Shown here: in pieces, positions 9,675-23,682 of the stretch
Position numbering within the stretch: position 1 is the first letter of the stretch
Layout of the letters: each line of letters begins with the position of its first letter
Assembly: GCA_963815215.1 (NCBI GenBank)
Contig: CAWFFU010000003.1
Coordinates: 736,001 to 800,000 of the forward strand
Source: an uncultured Trueperaceae bacterium
GTDB lineage: Bacteria > Deinococcota > Deinococci > Deinococcales > Trueperaceae
Reading direction: 5' to 3'
DNA length: 64,000 nucleotides
Position numbers and translations under genes: made by a program
The notes under the pieces: generated by a model
What the model saw: the letters and a program-made list of their open reading frames with translations, nothing else
Told to the model about the DNA's origin: nothing
The model's database searches: none

Positions 9675-11065
9675 GCGGTCGGGTGGGGTTCGTCAGCCTC
9701 GGTTGCGCCAAGGCCCTCGTCGATAGCGAGCGGATCCTCACGCAGCTTCGGGCCGAGGGATACGAGCTCGTGGCCGGCTACGACGAAGCAGACCTGGTGG
9801 TCGTCAACACCTGCGGCTTCATCACGCCGGCGGTCGAGGAGTCGTTGCAGGCGATCGGGGAGGCCCTGGACGCCAACGGCCGGGTCGTCGTCACCGGCTG
9901 TCTGGGGGAGCGGCCGGAGACCATCGTGGCGCGCCACCCCGAGGTCCTGGCGGTGACCGGGCAGGCCGACGTCGACGGCGTGATGCGCGCCGTCCGCACG
10001 GCGCTCCCTCCCGACACCGACCCCTTCACGAGCCTGCTCCCCGGCGCCGCGACGCGCCAGCGAACGCCGCTCGGACCGAAGGTCTCGCTGACCCCGCGCC
10101 ACTACAGCTACCTGAAGATCGCCGAGGGGTGCGATCACCGGTGCAGCTTCTGCATCATCCCGCAACTCCGCGGCCTCCAGCGCTCCCGCGACGCCGCCGA
10201 TGTCCTTCACGAGGCCACGCGCCTGGTGGCCGCCGGGACCCGCGAGCTGCTGGTCATCGCCCAGGACAGCGGGGCCTACGGCAGCGATCTGCGCCACCGC
10301 GCCAGCGACTACGCGGGCCGCCCGGTGGAGGCCCGACTCCCGGAGCTGGCGCGCGAGCTTGGCGGCCTCGGAGCCTGGGTGCGGCTTCACTACGTCTATC
10401 CGCACCCACACGTAGCCGAGCTGCTGCCCCTGATGGCCGAGGGGCTGCTGTTGCCCTACCTCGACGTCCCGCTGCAGCACGCCAGCCCCAGGGTGCTGCG
10501 GGCGATGCGGCGCCCGGGCGGGCCGGAGAGCCACCTCCGGACGCTGGAGGCATGGCGGGCCGCCTGCCCCGAGCTGGTTCTGCGCTCGACCTTCATCGTG
10601 GGCTTCCCCGGCGAGACCGAGGAGGACTTCGAGCTGCTTCTGGGCTTCCTGCGGCAGGCGCAGATCGACCACGTCGGCGCCTTCCGCTACAGCACGGTCG
10701 ACGGGGCGGCCGCCAACGATCTCCCGGCGGCCGTCCCCGAAGAGGTCAAGGAGGAGCGTTTCGTGAGGCTGATGGAGGTCCAGCACGGCGTGAGTCTGGA
10801 GCGGCAGCGCACCCGCGTGGGCCGCGTCCTGCCTGTCCTGGTGGACGGTTACGGCGACGAGCCCGGCACCGTCATCGGTCGGAGCACGGCGGACGCCCCC
10901 GACGTGGACGGAACCGTGCTCGTGCAGACCGACGGCACCGTCAAGATCGGGGATCTCGTCGAGACCGAGATCACCGCTGCGGACGCCTACGACCTTTGGG
11001 GTCGGGCGATCGGCACCCTACCGTTCGAACCGAACGTTCCCGTGATCGGGGAGCGGCGCGCCTGA
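9671..11065 (+). CDS. rimO: Ribosomal protein S12 methylthiotransferase
   Basis: SLGCAKALVDSE, VNTCGFI, radical SAM CDHRCSFC, C-terminal TRAM domain with APDVDG. Confidence 0.95.
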   Translation: MSGRVGFVSLGCAKALVDSERILTQLRAEGYELVAGYDEADLVVVNTCGFITPAVEESLQAIGEALDANGRVVVTGCLGERPETIVARHPEVLAVTGQADVDGVMRAVRTALPPDTDPFTSLLPGAATRQRTPLGPKVSLTPRHYSYLKIAEGCDHRCSFCIIPQLRGLQRSRDAADVLHEATRLVAAGTRELLVIAQDSGAYGSDLRHRASDYAGRPVEARLPELARELGGLGAWVRLHYVYPHPHVAELLPLMAEGLLLPYLDVPLQHASPRVLRAMRRPGGPESHLRTLEAWRAACPELVLRSTFIVGFPGETEEDFELLLGFLRQAQIDHVGAFRYSTVDGAAANDLPAAVPEEVKEERFVRLMEVQHGVSLERQRTRVGRVLPVLVDGYGDEPGTVIGRSTADAPDVDGTVLVQTDGTVKIGDLVETEITAADAYDLWGRAIGTLPFEPNVPVIGERRA

Positions 11066-11102
11066 GCGCGTACCCGAGCGCGCCCGGAGCGCCACACGAA
11101 GC

Positions 11103-12281
<1,179 letters not shown>

Positions 12282-12361
12282 GCCGCGACCTCGCTGCCAA
12301 GGGGGCTCGCCATGCCGACAGCATAGGCGCGACGCATCCGTAGCGGCTGTGACATTCCCCG

Positions 12362-13147
12362 CTAGAGGATCTTGGAGAGGAAGGCTCTAGTGCGTTCCTC
12401 ACGAGGATTCTGGAAGAAATGCTCAGGCGTGCCAACCTCCACGATCTGCCCCGCATCCATGAAGATCACCCGGTCCGCCACCTCCCGCGCGAAACCCATC
12501 TCATGCGTCACCACCGCCATCGACATCCCCTCCTTGGCCAGCGTCACCATCACCTCCAACACCTCCCCGATCACCTCCGGATCCAACGCGCTCGTCGGCT
12601 CATCGAACAACATCACCTTCGGCTCCATCGTCAACGCCCGCGCGATCGCCACCCGCTGCTGCTGCCCCCCCGACAGCTGCCCCGGATACTTCCGCGCCTG
12701 CTCCGGGATCCCCACCTTCTCCAAGAAATACATCGCCCGCTCCTCAGCCTGCGACTTCCGCCACCTACGCACCCGCACCGGCGCCAACGTCACGTTCTCC
12801 AACACCGTCAAGTGCGGGAACAAGTTGAACTGCTGGAACACCATCCCCGTCTCCCGCCGCACCTGATCGATATGACGCACATCATCGGTCAACTCCACCC
12901 CATCGACCACGATGCGCCCCTCCTGATGCTCCTCGAGCCGATTGATGCACCGGATCAACGTCGACTTCCCCGAACCCGACGGCCCGATGATCACCACCAC
13001 CTCCCCCCGATTCATCGACAGATGGATATCCTTCAACACGTGGAAGTCCCCGAACCACTTGTTCAGCCCCTCCACCTCGATGATCCGAGAGCCACCATCC
13101 GGCGCGTCGGCGCGGACGGGTCCCCGGAGAACCGTTCCCTCCGTCAT
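12362..13147 (-). CDS. aapP: Polar amino acid ABC transporter ATP-binding subunit (AapP/BztD-like)
   Basis: [45 protein letters not shown]. Last gene of the operon. Confidence 0.92.
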   Translation of the reverse strand: MTEGTVLRGPVRADAPDGGSRIIEVEGLNKWFGDFHVLKDIHLSMNRGEVVVIIGPSGSGKSTLIRCINRLEEHQEGRIVVDGVELTDDVRHIDQVRRETGMVFQQFNLFPHLTVLENVTLAPVRVRRWRKSQAEERAMYFLEKVGIPEQARKYPGQLSGGQQQRVAIARALTMEPKVMLFDEPTSALDPEVIGEVLEVMVTLAKEGMSMAVVTHEMGFAREVADRVIFMDAGQIVEVGTPEHFFQNPREERTRAFLSKIL

Positions 13148-13194
13148 GTCTCTCCTTCCGCCCGATCGGGCGCGCTCCGCTTCACCGCACTACC

Positions 13195-14409
13195 CTACCG
13201 TTCGCCGACGCCCAGGCGCCGCTCGAGCTGACGGGAGGCTACGCTCATACGATAGGCGAAGAACCAGTACATGACCGCCAGGAACAGCGACAGCTCGAGC
13301 CGCACGCCTCCCGGCACGAGCAACGAGGCGCTCTGGTTGGCCACGATGTTGCCGACGTTGAAGAAGTCGAACAGGCCCACGATGAACACCAGCGAGGTGT
13401 CCTTGAACAGCGCGATGGCCTGCCCGACGATGGCGGGGATCACGGCCCGCAGGGCCTGCGGCAGGACGATCAGACGCGTCCGCTGCCAACCGGAGAGGCC
13501 GAGCGCCTGGGCCGCCTCGTACTGCCCCTTGGGAACGGCCTGCAGCCCACCGCGCACGTTCTCGGCCATGTACGCCGCGGAGAACAGCGTGACGGCGACC
13601 ATCGCCCTCGACAACGGACCGACGGCGCTGGGGCTCACGTCGAGAACCAGCGGCACCATCAGGGAGGCGATGAACAACCACATGATGAGCGGGGCGCCGC
13701 GCACCACCTCGATGAACCCCACGCACACCACCCGGATGATCGGCAGCTTGCTGCGCCGGCCGAGCGCCAGCGCGATGCCGAGCGGGAAGCTGATGGCGAT
13801 GCCGACGATCGAGAGGATCAGCGTCAGCATGAAGCCGCCCCACTCCTTGGTGCTCACCGACCGCAAGGCGCCACCCGCGCCGAAGCCGTTGAGAAGCACC
13901 ACCACGATCACCAGCGAGGCCCCCCAGGACCAGGGTAGGGCGCGCGCCAGGCGCGGCTCGACGCGGCCCGCCAGGTAGCCCAGCACGCCCGAAAGGCAGA
14001 CGGCGAGCCAACCCCAGCGCGCCACCGGCCACGCCGCCAGGCCCACCAGGGCGAGCAGCGCGCTGAGTCCGAAGAACCACCAGAACACGCCGCCGGCGAT
14101 CGACTCACCGTTCCGGCGGCCCGCGCCGGCGGTGGCACCGAGCAACAGCAGCACCAAGGCGGACGCCGCGAAAGGTCGCCACAGCAGCTCCGGCGGATAG
14201 CGGTAGACGGCGAACAGCCTCAGGTTGGCCCACACCGGGCCCCAGTGCGCCTGGGTGAGTACCCACAGGAGGAGCTCGCCGCCCAGGTACAGGAGTACGG
14301 CCGCGCTCAGCAGCGAGGCCAGGGCGTTGCCCCAGCTCGAGAACAGGTTGGCCCGCAGCCACATCAGCGCGCCGCGACGGCGCTTCGGGGGCTCGCGCAG
14401 GGGCGGCAT
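13195..14409 (-). CDS. aapM: Amino acid ABC transporter permease (AapM/BztC-like)
   Basis: WLRANLFSSW, WGGFMLT, SAAYMAENVRGGLQAVPKGQYEAAQALGL, FKDTSLV. Confidence 0.9.
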   Translation of the reverse strand: MPPLREPPKRRRGALMWLRANLFSSWGNALASLLSAAVLLYLGGELLLWVLTQAHWGPVWANLRLFAVYRYPPELLWRPFAASALVLLLLGATAGAGRRNGESIAGGVFWWFFGLSALLALVGLAAWPVARWGWLAVCLSGVLGYLAGRVEPRLARALPWSWGASLVIVVVLLNGFGAGGALRSVSTKEWGGFMLTLILSIVGIAISFPLGIALALGRRSKLPIIRVVCVGFIEVVRGAPLIMWLFIASLMVPLVLDVSPSAVGPLSRAMVAVTLFSAAYMAENVRGGLQAVPKGQYEAAQALGLSGWQRTRLIVLPQALRAVIPAIVGQAIALFKDTSLVFIVGLFDFFNVGNIVANQSASLLVPGGVRLELSLFLAVMYWFFAYRMSVASRQLERRLGVGER

Positions 14410-14410
14410 G

Positions 14411-16216
14411 TCAGCGCTCCACCAACGCCAGGCGGGCGTTGACGGCGTTGAGGACGAGCGCGAAGACCAGGCTGATGACGATGTACGACGCGATCAGCAT
14501 GATCGTCACCGGCACGCTCGCGCCCGTCTGCGAGGCGATGATGGTGGTGATGGCGAACAGCTCCACGTAGGCGGCCAGGGGCGCCAGCGAGGAGTTCTTG
14601 GTGAGGTTGAGGAACTGACTGATCATGGGGGGCAGGATGATGCGGAGCGCCTGCGGGAACACGATCAGGCGGAAGGTCTGGAGATCGCTGAGCCCCAGCG
14701 CCTTGGCCGCCTCTCGTTGACCGCCCGGCACCGCCTGGATGCCGCCGCGTACGATCTCGGCGATGAAGCTGGCGGTGTAGATGACCAGCCCCAGCAGCAG
14801 CGCCAGGTAATTGCTCGAGAGCGTGATGCCGCCGAAGTAGGTGCTGATGGGGATGGTGGGTCGGCTCACGACGAGCGGACGCGGCGCCGGTAGCTCGAAG
14901 CGCGCGTCCAGGGCAGGCTGCTCGCTCGCCACCGGGGCCTGCGAGGGCGCGGCGAAGAGCTGGGCAGGGCTCATGTTGGTGCCCCCGCCGCCGCTCGTCG
15001 CTGCCTGCACGGCGCCGGTGGTGAAGCGCGGGATGCGCGCCTGGCCGTCTCGATCGGTCACCAGCCGACGGCGGAAGCCCTCCACCGTCAGCCGCAGCTC
15101 GACGGCGTAACCACGCTTCGTCGCCCCGCTGGAGGACAGCTCCTCGCCGGCGTCGAAGCGACCGTTGCCGTTGGCGTCCCGGTAGACGATGCCCTGGTAG
15201 GGCTCGTGGAGGTAGGCGATCGACAGACCCGCGGCTTTGGCCGGATCCGCGAAGACCACCGTGGCCTTGTCGTACTCCCCACGCCGGAGCGGCGGGAAGC
15301 GGAAGCGCCCGTAGTCGATGCGCCGGGACTCCGACAGATCCTGCGTCTGCGTGGTGAGCACGCCCTTGGCGACCCGCGCGATGACCGGGGTGAAGGCGAG
15401 CCTGCGTTCGCCGCCGTCGACCTTGCCGTCGCCGTTGGCGTCCACGAACACGGTGGCGATGCCGCTGACCTGGCGGAAGCTGGTGGCCGTGCCGCGCGGC
15501 AGCGGTGTCGTGCCGGCGAGCAGGTAGCCGAGCGCGGCCAGCGCCAGAGCCACCAACAGGGCCGGGCCGAGCGCGTTCCCAGGCCGATCGGCCCGCCGTA
15601 GCTGGCCGCGGCGCACCGCGAAGGCCGCCGCGCCGAGCACCACAGCGAACCCCAGGTAGGGAAGCCAGCTCGCGAAGGTCGGCGAGGGGTACAGCCAGGG
15701 TAGGGCCACGCCCTGATTGCTCACGAGCACGCCGCCCGGCCAGCGCACCGCGCTCAGGATCCGCGGCGGCAAGGGGGTGAGGATGGCGGTGTACCAGAAC
15801 ACGATCTGCACGGCCAACGGGGTGTTGCGGATGGTCTCGACGTAGAGGTTGGCGAGCTGCCGTAGCAGCCAGTTCGCCGACAACCGCATGACACCGATCA
15901 CGACCCCCAGTACGGAGGCCATCACCACGCCGATCAGCGCCACCTTGAGGGTGTTGAGGACCCCGATCAGGAACGCCCGGGCGTAGCTGTCGGCGGGGGT
16001 GTACGGGATCGGCGTCTCGGCGATGGGGATGCCGGCCCGCACGCTCAGGAACGAGAAGTCCGCGGGGATGTGGGAGCGGGCGAGGGCCGAGCTCACGTTG
16101 TGATAGACGACGGCCGCCGCCGCCACGACGACCGCAGCGAACACGAGCTGGGCCAGCAGTCCCAGAGTCTTGACGTTGCGGTAGAACGGGACCCGCGTTC
16201 CCGAGTGTGTGCTCAT
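14411..16216 (-). CDS. aapQ: Amino acid ABC transporter permease (AapQ/BztB-like) with large soluble insertion
   Basis: ATG 16216. RAFLIGVLNTL, YVETIRNTPL, IAEIVRGGIQAVPGGQREAAKALGL, NLTKNSSLA. 601 aa. Confidence 0.88.
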   Translation of the reverse strand: MSTHSGTRVPFYRNVKTLGLLAQLVFAAVVVAAAAVVYHNVSSALARSHIPADFSFLSVRAGIPIAETPIPYTPADSYARAFLIGVLNTLKVALIGVVMASVLGVVIGVMRLSANWLLRQLANLYVETIRNTPLAVQIVFWYTAILTPLPPRILSAVRWPGGVLVSNQGVALPWLYPSPTFASWLPYLGFAVVLGAAAFAVRRGQLRRADRPGNALGPALLVALALAALGYLLAGTTPLPRGTATSFRQVSGIATVFVDANGDGKVDGGERRLAFTPVIARVAKGVLTTQTQDLSESRRIDYGRFRFPPLRRGEYDKATVVFADPAKAAGLSIAYLHEPYQGIVYRDANGNGRFDAGEELSSSGATKRGYAVELRLTVEGFRRRLVTDRDGQARIPRFTTGAVQAATSGGGGTNMSPAQLFAAPSQAPVASEQPALDARFELPAPRPLVVSRPTIPISTYFGGITLSSNYLALLLGLVIYTASFIAEIVRGGIQAVPGGQREAAKALGLSDLQTFRLIVFPQALRIILPPMISQFLNLTKNSSLAPLAAYVELFAITTIIASQTGASVPVTIMLIASYIVISLVFALVLNAVNARLALVER

Positions 16217-16282
16217 GCCGCGAACCGCCCGCCTACGAGCTGGAATCGTGCCGGCACGGGCGCGCGCCGGCCCCGTCCCACA

Positions 16283-16318
16283 ACCATGGGGGACGCGTTC
16301 GAACGCGTCCCCCATGGT
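16283..16318. repeat. Perfect 36-bp palindrome between aapJ and aapQ
   Basis: ACCATGGGGGACGCGTTC|GAACGCGTCCCCCATGGT read directly. Confidence 0.95.
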
Positions 16319-16353
16319 GCCGTCGTGGGCATCGACATGTCAGGCAGGCGTAC

Positions 16354-17373
16354 TCAACGGAAGGGCGGCGCGTACAGGATGCCGCCGTTGGTGTAGAGCT
16401 TGTTCAACCCGCGCGGGATGTTGAACTGCGTATCCGGACCGAGGTTGCGGTTGTAGATCTCGGCGTAGTTGCCCACCTGCTTGATGGCCTGCAGGATGCC
16501 GTCGGCCGGCAGTCCCAGGCCCGTGATGTTGTCACCCTCGACGCCCAGCATGCGCCGCACGGTGGGGTTCTGGGAGGTCTTGGCGACATTCTCCACGTTC
16601 TGCGACGTGATGCCGTACTCCTCGGCCGTGATCACGCCGAAGACGATCCACTTGACCGCGTCGAACCAGGTCGAGTCACCGTCGAGCACGGCCGGACCCA
16701 GGGGCTCCTTGGAGATCGTGGCGTCCAGGATCTTGTGGGCGCCGGGGTCGCGAAGCGTGGTCTTGCGGCTGGCGAGCTGCGACTTGTCCGACGTGAACGC
16801 ATCGCAGGCGCCGTTGTCGTAGGCCGAGGAGGCCTGGTCGGGATTCTCGTAGATGACCGGCGTGAAGCTCACGTTGAGGGCGCCGAGCACGTCCGCCAGG
16901 TTCTTCTCGGTGGTCGTGCCGGATTGCACGCAGATCTTCCGGCCTTCCAGGTCCTGCAGGGTGTTGATGCCGGAGTCGGCGCGCACCAGGAAGCCCTGAC
17001 CGTCGTAGAAGGTGGTCGGCGCGAACTCCATGCCGACGGTGGTGTCCCGACTGCTGGTCCAGGTCGTGTTGCGAATGAGCACGTCGACCTCGCCGGTCTG
17101 GACGGCGGTGAAGCGTTCCTGGGCCGAGAGCGGCCGGAACTGGACCTTCGTTGCGTCGCCCAGGACGGCGGCGGCGATGGCACGGCAGAAGTCGACGTCG
17201 AATCCGACGAACTTGCCGCTGGCGTCGACGCTGCCGAAGCCCGGAAGCTGGTTGTTGACCCCGCAGACGAGCGTGCCACGGGCCTTGACCTTGTCCAGAA
17301 GGCTCTGCTGGGCCAGCGCGGTGCTGCCGACCACGAGCGTCACGAGCGTTGCGAGCCATGCCAGCTTGCGCAT
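16354..17373 (-). CDS. aapJ: Amino acid ABC transporter substrate-binding protein (AapJ/BztA-like)
   Basis: Signal peptide MRKLAWL..ALA. GFDVDFCRAIAAAVLGD, RNTTWTSSRD, ISKEPLGP, QVGNYAEIYNRN, YAPPFR. Confidence 0.93.
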   Translation of the reverse strand: MRKLAWLATLVTLVVGSTALAQQSLLDKVKARGTLVCGVNNQLPGFGSVDASGKFVGFDVDFCRAIAAAVLGDATKVQFRPLSAQERFTAVQTGEVDVLIRNTTWTSSRDTTVGMEFAPTTFYDGQGFLVRADSGINTLQDLEGRKICVQSGTTTEKNLADVLGALNVSFTPVIYENPDQASSAYDNGACDAFTSDKSQLASRKTTLRDPGAHKILDATISKEPLGPAVLDGDSTWFDAVKWIVFGVITAEEYGITSQNVENVAKTSQNPTVRRMLGVEGDNITGLGLPADGILQAIKQVGNYAEIYNRNLGPDTQFNIPRGLNKLYTNGGILYAPPFR

Positions 17374-17515
17374 ACGGAACCCCTCTTCCATTACCTTCCC
17401 AAGATGAGACCACGGTGTGGTGCTCGCCATGCTACCCTCCCCGCCCGTGCCTGTAAACCCGCCAGCGAGTACAACGATACGCGGCCGGACAACCAGCCGC
17501 GCGCTCGTCACGAGA

Positions 17516-17541
17516 ACGGGCCGACCTCGCGGTCGGCCCGT
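17516..17541 (-). terminator. Hairpin downstream of the V-ATPase operon
   Basis: ACGGGCCGACC-TCGC-GGTCGGCCCGT, 11-bp stem after the subunit D stop. Weak U tract. Confidence 0.55.
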
Positions 17542-17576
17542 CGCGTCCACGATGCCGGCCGACGGCCGGCCACGTC

Positions 17577-18227
17577 CTAGGCCCCGCGTGCCTCCTCGCG
17601 CGCCTCCTCGCGCGCCTCGAGCTTGGCCTTGATGCGTTTGAGCACCGTGACCTCCTCGAGCGCGCGCTGATCGAGCACGCTGCGGATCTGCCGGATCTCG
17701 CCGTTGATGTTGGGGATGACGAGCTGCTCCAACGCGTTGACGCGCCGGTTGGTCTTCTTGATCTCCTCGCCGATGCGCCGCAGGCGCGTCTCGGTGGCAG
17801 CCACGTTGACGATGGCCTCGGTCAGCTTGCGGAACTCCCGCGCGGCCGCCAGCGTCTGGGCGCCCGCACCCACCGGGGAGAACGCCATCCGGGTGTCGAA
17901 CGTGGGCGGCTGCACCTGCGGTACCTTGACGCCGAAGATGTTCTCGACCGTCACCGGCACCTCGAGCGAGCGGCCCTCCGCCAGCCCCAGGCTGGACACC
18001 GCCTCGGGCCCGTCCCAAGCATTGGCCAGGAACAGCGCGAAGTAGGCCTCACGGCTCGCTTCGGCAAGCCTGCGGCGGGCTTCCAGCGAGGTCTTGACGA
18101 GGTCGAAGAACTCGGCCACCAGAGCGTCGCGCTTGCGCTTCAGGAGGTCCGCCCCGCGGACCGCCAGCTTGCGCTGGTCGCGGCGTTGAAGCAGGTTCGA
18201 ACGAGTGGGGGCGATCTGCTCGGCCAT
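17577..18227 (-). CDS. atpD: V/A-type ATP synthase subunit D
   Basis: PTRSNLL, LLKRKRDAL, EIKKTNRRVNALE. Confidence 0.95.
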   Translation of the reverse strand: MAEQIAPTRSNLLQRRDQRKLAVRGADLLKRKRDALVAEFFDLVKTSLEARRRLAEASREAYFALFLANAWDGPEAVSSLGLAEGRSLEVPVTVENIFGVKVPQVQPPTFDTRMAFSPVGAGAQTLAAAREFRKLTEAIVNVAATETRLRRIGEEIKKTNRRVNALEQLVIPNINGEIRQIRSVLDQRALEEVTVLKRIKAKLEAREEAREEARGA

Positions 18228-18239
18228 CGAAACGCCTCC

Positions 18240-19664
<1,425 letters not shown>

Positions 19665-19679
19665 GCTCCCTCTCCGGCC

Positions 19680-21419
<1,740 letters not shown>

Positions 21420-21435
21420 GTAAGCCCTCCTGCTC

Positions 21436-21762
21436 TCACTCCAGCTTGATGTCGAACCCGATGGCGTCGCGTACCAGGGACTTCATGTAGGCGACTGCGT
21501 CGTCACCCTCCTCGAAGGCGCCGCCCAAACTGGGCAGCGGCAGCACCACCGGCAGCTCGCGGCCGCGCATGGCTCGCTCGCTCGCCGCGATCGGATCGGG
21601 GATCAACCCCTCGTCCACGACCACCAGGCCGTATTCGTCGGAGCCGATGAGGTCCTCCAGAGCCGCCTTCGCCCCTTCGGCGGTCGCTTCGCGTACCTCC
21701 ACGCCGGCAAGGCGGAAGCCCGCCGCCGTCTCACTGTCGGTGACCACGACCATCTTAGGCAT
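21436..21762 (-). CDS. atpF: V/A-type ATP synthase subunit F
   Basis: ATG 21762 overlaps the subunit C stop. [24 protein letters not shown]. Confidence 0.92.
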   Translation of the reverse strand: MPKMVVVTDSETAAGFRLAGVEVREATAEGAKAALEDLIGSDEYGLVVVDEGLIPDPIAASERAMRGRELPVVLPLPSLGGAFEEGDDAVAYMKSLVRDAIGFDIKLE

Positions 21763-22768
21763 GGCCGAGCTCGCTCTCCAGCGCGTCGCGGGGCACGCCG
21801 TAGAAGGCGCCACGCGCGAGCAACCGCAGCTTCGCCACCTCGGCCTCCTTCAGACGCAAGAAGCGAACCACCACGCCCGGCCCGAGCGGATCCGAGGCGG
21901 CGGCCCGGGCGCCGGCATCCAGCACCTCCCGCACTTTCCGCTCGGCTCCGGCCAGGCTGTCGGTCTCCGCCACCTCGGCGAAGGCCGTGCCCGACAACGC
22001 CTGCAACGCACTCTTCGAGACATCCGTGCGGACGCTCTCGAACAGGGCCCGATCGATCTCGCGCCCTCCCGGGATGAAGACCTCCTCCGGGCTCTCTGCC
22101 ACACCCCGCAACTTCAGCGCGGTCCGCAGGTTGGTGGCGTCGATCTCGCGCACGATGTAGCGCATGAAGCTCGTCGGCGCGCCGGTCCTGCGTAGCCGCT
22201 GCATCAGGATCTGGTAGTAGGCCCGGTCGATGGCAAGCTCCAACGCGTACAGGTCGCCGTCGGACTGGTAGCGGGATACCGCACGCGAGAACGCCCCCTT
22301 CAGAGGCGTCCTTGCAAACGCCAGCGCCTGCGCCGCAGCGGCCATGTCGGGCGTTGCGGCGACCTCCTCCAACACGGCCGGCTTCAACGATCCCGCCGGG
22401 AACAGCGACCCGAGGATCTCCTCGACCGTCTTGCCGGCGTGCTTGGCGCGCGCGATGGTCTTGATGTTCTCCCGGTCGTAGCGCAGCAGAAGCAACTCCA
22501 TCAGCTGGCCCGGCGCGCCGTCCGCGGCCCCCAACAGACTCCGCGTGGTAGCGAAGAAGTCCCTGGCGAGGGCGTCATCGACCGCGCGCAGCCCCTCATA
22601 GCGGGATTGCGCTTCCTCCAGCCCGTGCATGTAGCGCGACTGTCCGAGCACCGACACGAACGCGCGGAAGTCACTGGCCTCCAGAGCTTCGGAGTAGAAC
22701 TCCGGGCCCAGGAGCTTGGTCTTCATGCCGCGCACCCGCGCGTTGATGTAGCCGTAGTCGGTCGACAT
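21755..22768 (-). CDS. atpC: V/A-type ATP synthase subunit C (d)
   Basis: YGYINARVRGMK, REIDATNLRTALK, operon position. Confidence 0.92.
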   Translation of the reverse strand: MSTDYGYINARVRGMKTKLLGPEFYSEALEASDFRAFVSVLGQSRYMHGLEEAQSRYEGLRAVDDALARDFFATTRSLLGAADGAPGQLMELLLLRYDRENIKTIARAKHAGKTVEEILGSLFPAGSLKPAVLEEVAATPDMAAAAQALAFARTPLKGAFSRAVSRYQSDGDLYALELAIDRAYYQILMQRLRRTGAPTSFMRYIVREIDATNLRTALKLRGVAESPEEVFIPGGREIDRALFESVRTDVSKSALQALSGTAFAEVAETDSLAGAERKVREVLDAGARAAASDPLGPGVVVRFLRLKEAEVAKLRLLARGAFYGVPRDALESELGHA

Positions 22769-22769
22769 C

Positions 22770-23363
22770 CTAGCGCTCCCGCGATGCGCCGAAGAGCGCC
22801 TCGGAGACCTCCGACGCGAGTTCGGCCCGCAGCACCTCCAAGCGCTCGAACAGCGAGTTCTCGATGGTGTTGTTGCCCTTGAGACGCAACCGCACGCCGC
22901 CTCGGATGGCCGCGTCGGATATCACCTCGGCCGTCAGCGACAACTCCTTGGCGATACTGTCGAGGTAGCCGCGCTCGTCCGGATGAACGGTGACAGCCTG
23001 CACCTCGCCGGCGTCGAGACCCTCCAGGGCCTCGACGAGCAGCTTCTTCAGCACGGCTGGATAGGCGTCGGCATCGGAGACCAGCGCACCGAGACGCTCA
23101 CGCGCCTCCTCGAACACTGCCTCGACACCGCCGTGCTGGGCACGGAGCTGCAACGAGGACGCTTCGAGCTGCGCGCTGGAACGGGCACGCGTGATGGCGG
23201 CGCTCCGGAGCCCGGCAGCCAGGCGCTCCCGTGCACCGACCAGGGTGTCGCCCTCCTGGCGAGCGTCCGCGACCACCTCCGAGGCGCGGCCACGCGCCTC
23301 GGAGAGGAGGGACTCGATCTCCGTGCTCGCTTCCTTCTCGAGCAGAGCAGCCAGATCGGACAC
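22770..23363 (-). CDS. atpE: V/A-type ATP synthase subunit E
   Basis: N-terminal coiled coil, C-terminal GGVRL..IENSL..RL, operon position. Confidence 0.88.
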   Translation of the reverse strand: MSDLAALLEKEASTEIESLLSEARGRASEVVADARQEGDTLVGARERLAAGLRSAAITRARSSAQLEASSLQLRAQHGGVEAVFEEARERLGALVSDADAYPAVLKKLLVEALEGLDAGEVQAVTVHPDERGYLDSIAKELSLTAEVISDAAIRGGVRLRLKGNNTIENSLFERLEVLRAELASEVSEALFGASRER

Positions 23364-23367
23364 GTGC

Positions 23368-23682
23368 TCAGCCCATCTTGCCGTACAGGAAGAAGGCGAT
23401 CACGAAGCCGAAGATGATGATGGTCTCGGGGATCACCAGGAAGATCAGCACCTGCCCGAAGGCCTCGGGCTTCTCGGTGATGGTGCCCAGGCCGGCGCTG
23501 CCGATGTAGCCCTGCGCGATCCCCACACCGATGCCGGCGAGACCGATGGCCAGGCCGGCGCCCACACCCAGCAGGCCCATGCCGATATCGCCACCCGTGG
23601 CGGCCGCACCCTGTGCGAAGGCGGTCCCGGCGAAGACGGCGAAGAGGGAAAGGACTCCCAGAACCTTGGCGAGCTTGTTCAT
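23368..23682 (-). CDS. atpK: V/A-type ATP synthase proteolipid subunit K/L (c)
   Basis: Signal-like N-terminus (AFA|Q), Gly-rich helix with IAQG, IPETIIIFG containing the conserved Glu. Confidence 0.93.
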   Translation of the reverse strand: MNKLAKVLGVLSLFAVFAGTAFAQGAAATGGDIGMGLLGVGAGLAIGLAGIGVGIAQGYIGSAGLGTITEKPEAFGQVLIFLVIPETIIIFGFVIAFFLYGKMG

